Shown here piece by piece: positions 1 to 9,830 of a stretch of DNA of 58,229 nt. Source of the stretch: Ginsengibacter sp. (GTDB lineage Bacteria > Bacteroidota > Bacteroidia > Chitinophagales > Chitinophagaceae); assembly GCA_039922615.1 (NCBI GenBank), contig JBDTEF010000006.1:1-58229 (forward strand), in the 5' to 3' direction. Position 1 is the stretch's first letter; each line of letters begins with the position of its first letter. The notes under the pieces were generated by a model, which saw only the letters and a list, made by a program, of their open reading frames with translations, had not been told where the DNA came from and searched no databases. The translations under genes were made by a program, and so were the position numbers.

Positions 1-94
1 GCCAATTCTTATGAAGAATGACAAACCCTTTCTTTAATAGATATTCTTCCGCTAATTTTTCCCCGATGATTCCCGTTTGATTGTGTTGAGCCAT
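1..94 (-). CDS. yraN: YraN (UPF0102) family protein, 5' part only (runs off window edge)
   Basis: Hand translation from ATG at 94: MAQHNQTGIIGEKLAEEYLLKKGFVILHKNW, matching the G-x2-GE-x-LA-x2-YL-x3-G(Y/F)-x-IL-x2-N(W/Y) N-terminus of YraN. Not in the ORF track. Confidence 0.85.
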   Translation of the reverse strand, partial: MAQHNQTGIIGEKLAEEYLLKKGFVILHKNW

Positions 95-142
95 AGCAAT
101 AAGTTGTAACTAAGTTACAATTAAACCAGCAGACAAATAGGT

Positions 143-212
143 AATGAAGAATTCATAATTGACTATGGAGAATTGATAATGGAGAATTGATAATTGATGA
201 TTGATAATTAAT
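143..212. repeat. Degenerate 7-bp tandem array (10 units, AATTGAT/AATGGAG)
   Basis: aatgaag aattcat aattgac tatggag aattgat aatggag aattgat aattgat gattgat aattaat, read directly. Confidence 0.85.
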
Positions 213-279
213 CATCAGAATTAAAAATTACGATTTACCTTAAATTGAGGGTAAAAAATAATGAAAGACAAACAACCAT

Positions 280-849
280 TTATTTTTCAGCAATAACTAA
301 ACTTCCTGAAGGCTTTGTCATGAAATAATAACTTCCAAAAAATATAGCCGAGAAGATAATAGTAGAGGCTAAACTCCATGGATAAAAAGGCAATCCATCC
401 TGCATAGTCATTAATAACCCACTAAATGTGGATGGTCTTCCCAAACCAGCCATCGGACTCAACCATACTAAAAAATTGGAAACTAAAAAGTAAAGGGTAG
501 GTGCAGAAAAAGAAGCGATAGCGATACTCTTTATATTTGAATTTTTTATGAAAAATCCAAATACAGTTAATCCGCCAATTAAAATATAATTGGTTATTTG
601 ACCACTATAAAATCCGGAGATATTTCCAATTCCATTTAAATATAACAACTCATACAATCCATCAGAAATAAACATTGATAATAAAGGCAGAAGAAATGCC
701 CATTTTTTATCTTTTATTATAGCACCACCAAAAATGGCCATGGCTATCTGTGGAGCAAACCCATAAGGACGTGAAGGCATGATGCGGTATAAAGAAGCAA
801 CAATAACTAGTAAAATAAAACTACCGATAAGCTGTTTTGACATTTTCAT
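280..849 (-). CDS. DUF6580-type putative membrane transport protein (ECF S-component-like)
   Basis: 189 aa, about 6 hydrophobic helices; RIMP..GFAP..AMAIFGGA, FLVSNFLVW and GLPFY segments typical of the family. Confidence 0.6.
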   Translation of the reverse strand: MKMSKQLIGSFILLVIVASLYRIMPSRPYGFAPQIAMAIFGGAIIKDKKWAFLLPLLSMFISDGLYELLYLNGIGNISGFYSGQITNYILIGGLTVFGFFIKNSNIKSIAIASFSAPTLYFLVSNFLVWLSPMAGLGRPSTFSGLLMTMQDGLPFYPWSLASTIIFSAIFFGSYYFMTKPSGSLVIAEK

Positions 850-866
850 TTAGAAATCTTTTGCTG

Positions 867-874
867 CAAAAATA
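867..874 (-). promoter_or_regulatory. Bacteroidota housekeeping -7 promoter box (TAnnTTTG)
   Basis: TATTTTTG on the minus strand, 17 nt upstream of the start at 849. Confidence 0.55.
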
Positions 875-1072
875 GGAATTATATTTTTGAATTTGGATTG
901 TTTTGACATTGAGAAAAATGTCAAACCTGGTACCCGTAAGTTTGTTTAATTTTTATGTAGTTCAAAAAAATATTTTTTTATGTTGATATCAGGAATTAGC
1001 CAGGTTTTAGCCACTCAACATATTTAGTTTGACAGGGATTTTTTAAATATTATTTTTACGACAAAAATATTT

Positions 1073-4006
1073 ATGAAATATTCAAAGATGTTACTGGTCT
1101 TTTTCTTGTTTGTATCTTATGGTACGATCAATGCCCAGATAAAAGGCCATGAATGGAAAGAGGCTACGTCCAATGGATACACTTACAAATATGTAAGCAA
1201 TGATCCGATGAACGCAAGATTTTACACTTTAAAAAATGGTCTGACTGTTATCCTTAGTCCTACAAATAAGGATCCGCGTATTCAATGCTATGTAGCAGTA
1301 AAAGCCGGAAGTAAAACAGATCCTTCTACAAATACTGGTCTTGCCCATTATTTAGAACACATGTTATTCAAGGGAACAGACAAATACGGTTCACTTAACT
1401 GGGCAAAAGAAAAACCCGAATTAGCTAAAATCAGTGACCTCTACCAGGAATATGGACGTACAACAGATGAAGCCAAACGCAAGACGATTTACCACGAGAT
1501 TGATTCAGTTTCCGGCGTAGCGAGTAAATACAGCATCGCCAATGAATATGATAAAATGATGGCTTCAATGGGTGCACAGGGAACCAACGCTTTTACCTCT
1601 TTTGAACAAACAGTTTATACAGATGATGTCCCTTCGGCTTCAATAAATAAATACCTGGCAGTGCAGGGAGAAAGATTTCGCAATCCACAATTTAGAATAT
1701 TTCATACAGAATTAGAAGCCGTTTACGAAGAAAAGAACCGCTCTTTGGATGATGATGGTAATAAAGTATTTGAAAAATTATTTGGCTCTTTATTTCAACA
1801 CCACAATTACGGGCTGCAAACTACGATCGGGACTATTCATGATCTCAAAAATCCATCTTTGGTAGAGATCAGGAAGTATTTTGAAACCTATTATGTGCCA
1901 AATAATATGGGCGTGATTATGGCGGGTGATTTCAACCCCGATGTACTGATCAAAAAAATTGATGAATCTTTTTCTGCACTCAAAGAAAAACCTGTAAAGC
2001 CTTACACATTTGAAAAAGAAACGCCTATTACATCCCCCATAACTGTAGAAGTAGTTGGTCCCGACGCTGAAGATGTAACAATCGGTTTCAGACTTCCGGG
2101 CAATAAATCAAGTGATATTTTAATGGCGGATCTTGTTGGAAAAATTCTGACGAATGGCAAAGCAGGATTGATAGATTTAGATTTGGTTAAAAAACAAAAA
2201 TTATTACGTGCATCTGCTTTTACATTTGCTTTGATTGATTATGGTGTATTGTATTTAAGTGGCGCCCCTACAAAAGGCCAATCGCTTGAAGATGTGAAAA
2301 CATTGATACTTGGAGAAATTGACAACCTGAAGAAAGGAAATTTCGATGATGATCTTATCACATCTATCGTAAATAATGAGAAGAAGAATAAGATCCTTGA
2401 ATCAGAAAGTTACGGTTCACGCGCAAGTAGTTTGATGGATGCTTTTACCAGTGAACTTGATTGGCAAAAACAAGTTGCCTATACAGATCAGCTTTCAAAA
2501 CTAACAAAAAAAGATATTGTTGAATTTGCCAACAAGTATTTTAATGATAATTATGTAGTGGTTTACAAAAGAAAAGGTGTGGATTCCAGTATCGTAAAAG
2601 TAGAAAAACCTGCTATTACCCCGGTGGAAACCAATACCAATGAGCAATCTGCTTTCGTAAAAGCAGTGGACAACATGCCTTCCATTACGGTAAAACCAAT
2701 CTGGATTGATTACAATAAGGACTTGCAGAAATCAAAAGCCGGTATTGCCGAAGTTTTATCCGTACAAAATAAAGACAACAGCATTTTTCGCCTTCGTTAT
2801 CGTTTTGATGTAGGCACTTTAAATGATAAGAAATTAGCTATAGCCGCTCAATATCTTTCCTTTTTAGGTACTGATAAAAAAAGTTCAGAGCAGATTTCCA
2901 AAGATTTTTATAAGATTGCCTGCAGTTTTAGTGTATCGGCCGGTAGTGATTATACAACAGTAATGATAGAAGGGTTGCAGGAAAATTTCAGCAAAGCAGT
3001 TTCTCTTTTTGAAGATCTCTTGAAAAATTGTAAACCTGATGCAGAAGCACTTGTATTATTGAAGGCACGTATTTCAAAAGCACGTACGGATGCAAAGTTG
3101 AATAAGGGTGCTATAATGAATGGCCTTACGCTATACGCCAAATATGGCAGCGACAATCCATTCAATTATGTGATGAGTGATGAAGAATTAAATAAACTTA
3201 CTGCTGATGAGTTAGTGATAATATTGCACGGACTTAGCAGTTACTCACAAAAAATATTATATTATGGCCCTCAAAACGTAGCAACATTTGTTCCGGCAAT
3301 TACAAAATTGCATGCAATACCAGCGACATTTAAAACAGCCAGTACCAAGAAAGTTTTTGTCAACGCAACACAAACGGAAAATAGGGTACTATTTGCAGAT
3401 TACGATATGGTTCAGGCGGAAACCAGGTGGATTAGAAATGATGAGAAATACAATCCCAACGATGAAATAATGGTGGATGTATTTAATAATTATTTTGGTG
3501 GTGGAATGGGTGCAGTTGTATTTCAAACAATCAGGGAATCCAAAGCCCTGGCTTACTCTACTTTTGCCCAGTATGTAACCCCGGCAAAAAAAGAAGATCC
3601 TTTTTTTACCATTGCTTATGTAGGTAGCCAGGCGGATAAATTTAATGAAGCTGTAGTAGCAATGAATGAATTGTTGAATGACCTGCCGGAGATAAAATCG
3701 AATTTTGAATTTGCCAAGCAAAGTATTAAAAAAGACATTGAAACCGAGCGTATTGTTCAGGACGGAATTATTTTTGATTATTTAACTGCAAAAGATAAAG
3801 GTCTGAACGTAGACCTCCGTCAAAAGAAATATGATCAGGTTGATAAAATCACTTTCGCACAGGTAAAAGCCTTTCACGATAAATATCTCGCTCATAAACC
3901 ATATACTTATGCAATAGTTGCCTCTGAGAATAAAATAAAAATGGATGATATGAAAAAATATGGCGACGTGAAGAAACTGAATTTAGAAGAGATATTCGGT
4001 TACTAA
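1073..4006 (+). CDS. M16 family (insulinase-like) zinc metallopeptidase, secreted
   Basis: Signal peptide; inverted zinc motif HYLEH (HxxEH), NAFTS, and C-terminal IRESKALAY (R/Y pair). Confidence 0.9.
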   Translation: MKYSKMLLVFFLFVSYGTINAQIKGHEWKEATSNGYTYKYVSNDPMNARFYTLKNGLTVILSPTNKDPRIQCYVAVKAGSKTDPSTNTGLAHYLEHMLFKGTDKYGSLNWAKEKPELAKISDLYQEYGRTTDEAKRKTIYHEIDSVSGVASKYSIANEYDKMMASMGAQGTNAFTSFEQTVYTDDVPSASINKYLAVQGERFRNPQFRIFHTELEAVYEEKNRSLDDDGNKVFEKLFGSLFQHHNYGLQTTIGTIHDLKNPSLVEIRKYFETYYVPNNMGVIMAGDFNPDVLIKKIDESFSALKEKPVKPYTFEKETPITSPITVEVVGPDAEDVTIGFRLPGNKSSDILMADLVGKILTNGKAGLIDLDLVKKQKLLRASAFTFALIDYGVLYLSGAPTKGQSLEDVKTLILGEIDNLKKGNFDDDLITSIVNNEKKNKILESESYGSRASSLMDAFTSELDWQKQVAYTDQLSKLTKKDIVEFANKYFNDNYVVVYKRKGVDSSIVKVEKPAITPVETNTNEQSAFVKAVDNMPSITVKPIWIDYNKDLQKSKAGIAEVLSVQNKDNSIFRLRYRFDVGTLNDKKLAIAAQYLSFLGTDKKSSEQISKDFYKIACSFSVSAGSDYTTVMIEGLQENFSKAVSLFEDLLKNCKPDAEALVLLKARISKARTDAKLNKGAIMNGLTLYAKYGSDNPFNYVMSDEELNKLTADELVIILHGLSSYSQKILYYGPQNVATFVPAITKLHAIPATFKTASTKKVFVNATQTENRVLFADYDMVQAETRWIRNDEKYNPNDEIMVDVFNNYFGGGMGAVVFQTIRESKALAYSTFAQYVTPAKKEDPFFTIAYVGSQADKFNEAVVAMNELLNDLPEIKSNFEFAKQSIKKDIETERIVQDGIIFDYLTAKDKGLNVDLRQKKYDQVDKITFAQVKAFHDKYLAHKPYTYAIVASENKIKMDDMKKYGDVKKLNLEEIFGY

Positions 4007-4068
4007 TCTGGCGGAATGGAAATAGAAAGTGGATAGCAACAATAATTTTTAATACCAGGTGTATAAAT

Positions 4069-4111
4069 AATGAAAAAAGCTGCTCATGAAAATCGAGCAG
4101 CTTTTTTCATT
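4069..4111. terminator. Intrinsic terminator, probably bidirectional
   Basis: aatgaaaaaagctgctc-atgaaaatc-gagcagcttttttcatt perfect stem with A/T tracts, downstream of the M16 peptidase. Confidence 0.85.
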
Positions 4112-4222
4112 TAAATAATTGCGCGTTTTTGGAAGGCTTCCCAATTATTAGATTGAACTCACTATTATCGAGATTATTTTTTTTGTTATTACTAATGTTG
4201 AAGACCCAAAAGATTTTTACAC

Positions 4223-4458
4223 TGTAGGGGCAACCTCTTGCGGTTGCCCATTAATGATCATTGGTTATAAAATAAATATAATTTACCTTATTAGCTAAAA
4301 TTAAAAAATGGCAATTCCAAATGTGTTTATTAAAAAATGAGAATATTTTATGTGTCAATAGATTGCATTAAAATTGTATGACTATTGTACGGAATTGTTT
4401 TTTATTAATCTATCATTGAAATACTTTGAAAGAGCAACCGCAAGGGATTGCCCCTACA
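4223..4458. repeat. Inverted pair of GTAG-type REP-like palindromes with about 180 bp spacer
   Basis: tgtaggggcaacctcttgcggttgccc (4223-4249) and the reverse complement of 4432-4458, tgtaggggcaatcccttgcggttgctc; each has an internal hairpin. Confidence 0.8.
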
Positions 4459-4534
4459 AATACAATGATTCAAAAAAATTCACTTTCTTTTCAATGTCAA
4501 TTGAAAACTAATAATCAATACAAAGGATATCCAA

Positions 4535-4903
4535 TTAGGCCAATCGGTAATTTCTATAAATATATGCCCACCAAATGAGCAAAACTTGAATTGGTAGGCG
4601 AAGAATGGCAATCCATAAATTTGGGTTATGTGAATGGTAATAATCCAGTGCCATTTGAATGTTGGCAGGAAATACTGCAATCAATAAAGCAATAATTCCC
4701 CAAACAGCGAATCTCCGTGTTCGGTTAGGAATGAGCAATAAGCCGAGGCCAATCTCTATAACTCCTGAAATGGAAACTAAAAAGGAATGCCAGGGAAGAT
4801 AAGACGGCATAATTTTCATGTACGTTTCCGGATGAATAAAGTGATTAATGCCGGCCACCACATACAATACAGCCATTGTAACCAATGAAATTTTTTTAAG
4901 CAT
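4535..4903 (-). CDS. DoxX-like small membrane protein
   Basis: 122 aa, 4 TM helices; AGINHF..P..Y..IMP, SGVIEI, AVFPANI and RLPIQ motifs. Confidence 0.8.
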   Translation of the reverse strand: MLKKISLVTMAVLYVVAGINHFIHPETYMKIMPSYLPWHSFLVSISGVIEIGLGLLLIPNRTRRFAVWGIIALLIAVFPANIQMALDYYHSHNPNLWIAILRLPIQVLLIWWAYIYRNYRLA

Positions 4904-4978
4904 GCTGCAAATTGGTATTATTTTCTAAACTACGTTTTTTAGATTTGGTACGTTTTACAAATGAAAAGTAATTTTAAT

Positions 4979-5449
4979 CTAACCTTCATATCCTACATCT
5001 GCTAACAAATTTTTTCCATCCGCAGCTTCTGTAGCTAACATATCACAACGGTTATTCAATGCATTATTTGCATGGCCCTTCACCCAATGCAGATGAATGG
5101 TAAACTTTTTGGCAAGCTGGTAATACCTTGTCCACAAATCTTTATTTTTTTTGCCGCCTTTAAAATCTGTTTTGATCCAATTCTGAAGCCAGCCAAGGGT
5201 TACCGCATTCACAATATATTTACTATCTGAATAAATGTGCAATTCCAGGTCATCCTTTTTCATTGTTTCCAGAGCCGCAATTACTGCCATCAATTCCATT
5301 CTATTATTCGTGGTTCTCGTATAACCCTGCGATAATTCTTTTTGAATATTTCCCCATATCAGAATGGCGCCATAGCCGCCGGGTCCCGGGTTACCACGTG
5401 AAGAACCATCCGTGTAAATGCTTACTATCTTCTTTTGATTTGATTCCAT
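4979..5449 (-). CDS. rnhA: Ribonuclease HI
   Basis: YTDGSSRGNPGPGGYG, TTNNRMELMA, SDSKY, WVKGHA, N-RCD-LA motifs. Confidence 0.97.
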   Translation of the reverse strand: MESNQKKIVSIYTDGSSRGNPGPGGYGAILIWGNIQKELSQGYTRTTNNRMELMAVIAALETMKKDDLELHIYSDSKYIVNAVTLGWLQNWIKTDFKGGKKNKDLWTRYYQLAKKFTIHLHWVKGHANNALNNRCDMLATEAADGKNLLADVGYEG

Positions 5450-5469
5450 GAATTTTTTACCCGGTCGGA

Positions 5470-7104
5470 TTATACCTGGAAAACACCTGTTTTAAATTCT
5501 TCAATATGTGGATTGTGATTGGCAGCAGATAAATTCTCAGAGATGATATTACGTGTTTCTTTGGGATCTATAATTGCGTCTACCCATAACCGTGAGGCTG
5601 CATAAGTTGCGTGCGTTTGGGAAGCATACCTGTCCGTCATCTTTTTTAATAATTCTTTTTCCTTTTCCGGATCTATGGTTTCTCCTTTTGCCTTTAATGA
5701 GGCTACTTCAATTTGCAACAATGTTTTTGCAGCTTGCTCACCACCCATCACAGCAATCTTTGCAGTTGGCCAGGCATAAATAAAGCGGGGATCATAAGCC
5801 TTTCCGCACATGGCATAATTACCCGCACCATAGGAATTCCCTATAATAAAAGTGAGTTTTGGAACAACAGAATTCGCAACTGCATTTACCATCTTTGCGC
5901 CATCTTTGATGATGCCGCTATGCTCACTTCTTGTGCCCACCATAAATCCGGTGATGTCCTGGAAAAATACCAGTGGGATTTTTTTCTGATTACAATTCAT
6001 AATGAACCTTGCGCTCTTATCAGCGCTATCATTATAAATGACACCACCCATTTGTAATTCGCCTTTTTTATTTTTTATATTTAATCGCTGGTTAGCAACA
6101 ATGCCTACTGCCCATCCATCTACCCGCGCATAGCCGCAAATGATCGTTTTGCCATATTCTTCTTTGTATTCATCAAAAGAATGGGCATCTACAATGGTCT
6201 CAATAATACCGTGCATGTCATAAGGTTTCAGATTACCCTCCGGGAAAATACTGTATACCTCATTTATATTTCTTGCCGGCTTTTGAGAAGCAGTCCTGTT
6301 AAATCCGGCCTTTGGCGAATCTCCTATTTTTGACATAATCCTTCTCACCATATCAAGGCATTCTTCTTCTGTTTTAAATTTATAATCTGCAATGCCACTT
6401 ATGGCATTATGGGTTTCAGCACCCCCCAAAGTTTCATTGTCTGTTGTTTCCCCGATGGCTGCTTTTACAAGATAGGGACCCGCTAAAAAGATAGAGCCAT
6501 GGCCATCTCCTTCCACCATTAATGTCTCATCACTCATGATGGGCAAATAGGCTCCACCCGCAACACAAGGACCCATTACTGCGGCAATTTGCGAGATGCC
6601 CATTGCACTCATTTTCGCATTGTTTCTAAATATGCGGCCAAAATGTTCTTTGTCCGGAAATATTTCATCCTGCATCGGAAGAAAAACACCTGCGCTGTCA
6701 ACGATATAAATGATGGGTAAATTGTTTTCCATGGAAATCTCCTGCATGCGTAGATTTTTTTTTCCCGTAATGGGGAACCATGCCCCCGCCTTCACCGTCT
6801 GATCATTGGCTACAATCATGCATTGTTTGCCGCCAACATATCCAATACCTGAAACGGTGCCTCCGGCCGGGCAACCACCATATTCTTCATACATTTCAAA
6901 GCCCGCAAATGCACCTAATTCAGAAAATGATGAATTTTTATCAATCAAATATTGGATGCGTTCCCTGGCAGTTAATTTATTCCTGTCTTTTTGCTTCTGA
7001 ATCGATTTCTTACCACCGCCCAGTTCTATTTTACTTAACAACTTCCTGATATTACTCCAGGCTAGCTGGTTGTAATCTTCATTTTTATTATTTTCTATGT
7101 TCAT
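5470..7104 (-). CDS. Acyl-CoA (methylcrotonyl-CoA-type) carboxylase, carboxyltransferase beta subunit
   Basis: DSAGVFLPMQDEIFPDKEHFGRIF, CVAGGAY, GSYGAGNY-like and VMGGEQAA motifs. Start moved to ATG 7104 because a -7 box overlaps the track start at 7125. Confidence 0.9.
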   Translation of the reverse strand: MNIENNKNEDYNQLAWSNIRKLLSKIELGGGKKSIQKQKDRNKLTARERIQYLIDKNSSFSELGAFAGFEMYEEYGGCPAGGTVSGIGYVGGKQCMIVANDQTVKAGAWFPITGKKNLRMQEISMENNLPIIYIVDSAGVFLPMQDEIFPDKEHFGRIFRNNAKMSAMGISQIAAVMGPCVAGGAYLPIMSDETLMVEGDGHGSIFLAGPYLVKAAIGETTDNETLGGAETHNAISGIADYKFKTEEECLDMVRRIMSKIGDSPKAGFNRTASQKPARNINEVYSIFPEGNLKPYDMHGIIETIVDAHSFDEYKEEYGKTIICGYARVDGWAVGIVANQRLNIKNKKGELQMGGVIYNDSADKSARFIMNCNQKKIPLVFFQDITGFMVGTRSEHSGIIKDGAKMVNAVANSVVPKLTFIIGNSYGAGNYAMCGKAYDPRFIYAWPTAKIAVMGGEQAAKTLLQIEVASLKAKGETIDPEKEKELLKKMTDRYASQTHATYAASRLWVDAIIDPKETRNIISENLSAANHNPHIEEFKTGVFQV

Positions 7105-7122
7105 ATAATATTTTAGAGTGGC

Positions 7123-7130
7123 CAAATTTA
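7123..7130 (-). promoter_or_regulatory. -7 promoter box (TAAATTTG)
   Basis: Exact TAnnTTTG match 18 nt upstream of ATG 7104. Confidence 0.55.
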
Positions 7131-7209
7131 AAACTTTTTATTTTGGTGGTGCCATGAAATTGGATAATTGATGATTTGAAAAAGTGAAGGGAGAATGGAG
7201 GTGTTTGGA

Positions 7210-7251
7210 GTGAGATATAAGAAGGGAGATGTGAGATGTAAGAAAGGAGAA
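7210..7251. repeat. Purine-rich 7-bp tandem array (6 units)
   Basis: gtgagat ataagaa gggagat gtgagat gtaagaa aggagaa. Confidence 0.75.
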
Positions 7252-7343
7252 GGGATAAAAATGATTTGTTCACTGTTAGCATTATCAGTCTGAAATTTGT
7301 CAAATGCATTTTGATCTATTCTTAATCGGTGACGACATTATAA

Positions 7344-7358
7344 TGGTACATAGTTTGT
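7344..7358 (+). promoter_or_regulatory. Putative sigma54-like -24/-12 element
   Basis: TGGTACATAGTTTGT (GG-N10-GT); the same pattern occurs upstream of three other transcription units in the window. Confidence 0.4.
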
Positions 7359-7475
7359 ATTTCTACAAGGGTAAATGATTTTTGATATAAAATTTATTTT
7401 GCCAACACTATTGTTTAAAAATACGATTACCTGACAACACACTTAATATCTTTACTCTAATATTTTAAAATAAAA

Positions 7476-9644
7476 ATGACCATATCCGAAAGGCTAAAAA
7501 ATATTTCTAAAAAGACATTTTTAATAATTGCCGGTATTTTAATTTCCCTGGCAATTGTCATCTTCATTTGGCAGGGGAAAAAATATTCTATAGTAAGGGA
7601 TACTTTGAAATCTTCAGTTGCTAAACAATCTGATAGTCTATATTCAGTAAAATATGACTCTCTTTCCTTTGATGGTGTTTCGGGATATGCTACTTTAAAA
7701 AATGTAAGTATTTCTCCTGATACTCAGCGTCTAAAAAATATGAATCAGGAAGACCGACCAAACTTTCTGTTCGACATCCGGATAAAAGCTATATCAGTCA
7801 CTGGAGTTAAAACTGCCAAAGCCTTATTGGGTAAAGAATTGGTGGGAGATTCTTTAATTCTTGATCATCCGCTTATAACAATATATAATTTACAAAAAGT
7901 AAAAAAAGATAGCAAGATCAATAGCCAGACGGAGGAATTTTATAAGCAGGTATTAGGAAACCTCGGCCTGATAAAAGCAAATACAGTATTAGTGAATAAT
8001 GTAAATATCCACGGCTTAGATTTTACCACAAAACAGAAAACGTTTGATGCAGTTAATGCTAATTTCCAATTAGAAGATCTGGCAATCGATAGTGTGTCAA
8101 ACTTGGATACTAACAGGATTTTATTTTCAAGACAATTGGCTTTTACACTGGATACATTTTTCAATTATAATAATAACCGGAAACAACTAATCGTAAAAAA
8201 AATAGCTTTCTCAGGAAAATACAATACGCTATTATTTGATGAAATTAATGTAAACCGATTTGCAGACCAGGCCGGTGATCCAATCAAATTTGTGGATGCC
8301 AAATTGCTAAAATTGAGTGGGGTAAATACAAATGAGATTATTAAAAATAAAAACATGGTTGTGGATACCATTCTTTGTAAACAAATTACTTATTACCAGG
8401 CTCCACCGGCCAACAAACCAGGAGAAAAGAAAAAATCTATTTCAAATGACAGTACAGGATTTGTAAATGTATATGGTGTAGCTATGAAACATTTGGAATT
8501 TGGAGAAGTGAAGGTTGTTCCATTCAAAAAAAATAATGTAGATGTTGGCAATATTTCTATAAAAGTAAATGGTGTAAAATCAGATAATATTCGTTTACTA
8601 ACTGATGACCCCATTAAATATTCTGATGAAATAGCGATTGCAGTCAATAAACTTTCTTTAAAATCAAAAGATAATAAGTACAATTATAATTTTGGCAATG
8701 CTGTTATAAATTCCAAAAGCAAAGAATTAAAAATTGATCGTTTTAGCATCATTCCTTACACAGGTGAAAAGCAATTTGCTGCAAAGGAAATGTTTCAGCA
8801 GGATCGATATGATGTGGTCATATCCGGAATTGCATTAAAGGGAATTGAAATGCAAAACCTATTAAACAATAGAATTGAGGCCACTGAATTGGTTATTAAT
8901 AACACATCAGCTAATATTTACCGTGATCTGCAGAAACCATTGAAAAAGGAAAGTAAAGTAGGGAATTATCCATCACAGGTAATTCAAAAACTTGATATGC
9001 CTATTCACATTCAAAAGGCAACCCTGTTGAATGCTGATATGGATTATAAAGAGAGAGAGAAAGTCAGTGATAGTGTGGGTATTATCAGTTTTACAGGTGC
9101 CCGGTTAGATATTTCAAACATTACAAACATTCCTTCAGATATTAAAAAAAATAATGAACTAAATGTTGCTTTCAGTGCCAATGCTTTAGGCTCTGTTCCA
9201 CTAAAAGGAAATATGAAGTTTTTTATGGATAGTAAGAATGGCGATTTCGTTGTAGATGGTAAAGGCTCTGTGGGTTTCGAAGCGACAAAATTAAATAAGG
9301 TATCTATTCCAATGGCCCTTATAAAAATTAAATCGGGTAAAATTAATTCCATGGATTTTCACATTACAGGAAATAATACAAGCGCCAAAGGAACATTTGT
9401 AATGAAATATGATGACTTTAAAGTGGATGTATTAAAAAAAGATAAAAATACAGGAGATGTCAAAAAGAAGGGACTTATTTCTTTCGTTGCCAACACAATT
9501 GTAAAAAACAGCAATCCTCAAAACGGGAAATTGAGAGAAGAGACACCATCCTACGAAAGGGATATTTATAAATCTTTTTTCAACCTGATTTGGAAAACAA
9601 TTTTTACCGGAATGAAAACGACGCTTGGCATTCCTGATATTTAG
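7476..9644 (+). CDS. Membrane-anchored AsmA-like/DUF748-like beta-rich protein
   Basis: Single N-terminal TM followed by long amphipathic beta-strand repeats; C-terminal YDDFKV...ERDIYKSFFNLIWK typical of Bacteroidota AsmA-like proteins. Confidence 0.6.
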   Translation: MTISERLKNISKKTFLIIAGILISLAIVIFIWQGKKYSIVRDTLKSSVAKQSDSLYSVKYDSLSFDGVSGYATLKNVSISPDTQRLKNMNQEDRPNFLFDIRIKAISVTGVKTAKALLGKELVGDSLILDHPLITIYNLQKVKKDSKINSQTEEFYKQVLGNLGLIKANTVLVNNVNIHGLDFTTKQKTFDAVNANFQLEDLAIDSVSNLDTNRILFSRQLAFTLDTFFNYNNNRKQLIVKKIAFSGKYNTLLFDEINVNRFADQAGDPIKFVDAKLLKLSGVNTNEIIKNKNMVVDTILCKQITYYQAPPANKPGEKKKSISNDSTGFVNVYGVAMKHLEFGEVKVVPFKKNNVDVGNISIKVNGVKSDNIRLLTDDPIKYSDEIAIAVNKLSLKSKDNKYNYNFGNAVINSKSKELKIDRFSIIPYTGEKQFAAKEMFQQDRYDVVISGIALKGIEMQNLLNNRIEATELVINNTSANIYRDLQKPLKKESKVGNYPSQVIQKLDMPIHIQKATLLNADMDYKEREKVSDSVGIISFTGARLDISNITNIPSDIKKNNELNVAFSANALGSVPLKGNMKFFMDSKNGDFVVDGKGSVGFEATKLNKVSIPMALIKIKSGKINSMDFHITGNNTSAKGTFVMKYDDFKVDVLKKDKNTGDVKKKGLISFVANTIVKNSNPQNGKLREETPSYERDIYKSFFNLIWKTIFTGMKTTLGIPDI

Positions 9645-9830
9645 GATAAAAATTTGTATTGAAATAATTTATAATAAAATTAAAAATCCAACGTAGCTTA
9701 GTCAATCAATTTTCTATTGAGTTATCCTGATACATTTCTTTATAACTTCTCAATTTTTAAACCACAAATAAATTCTGAACAAATTATTTCATTAAAAAAT
9801 CATTCATCACTTTAAACCAAACATTTATTT

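Noticed and set aside
143-212. Possible CRISPR array in the tandem repeats (also 37266-37313 and 47731-47790)
   Set aside because: The units are 7-8 bp with no unique spacers, and there are no cas genes.
4480-4680. 66-aa minus-strand ORF
   Set aside because: It overlaps the DoxX gene in another frame and has no family signal.
7088-7309. 73-aa minus-strand ORF
   Set aside because: It is a translation of the 7-mer repeat tract and promoter region (SYISHLPSYIS periodicity), not a credible protein.
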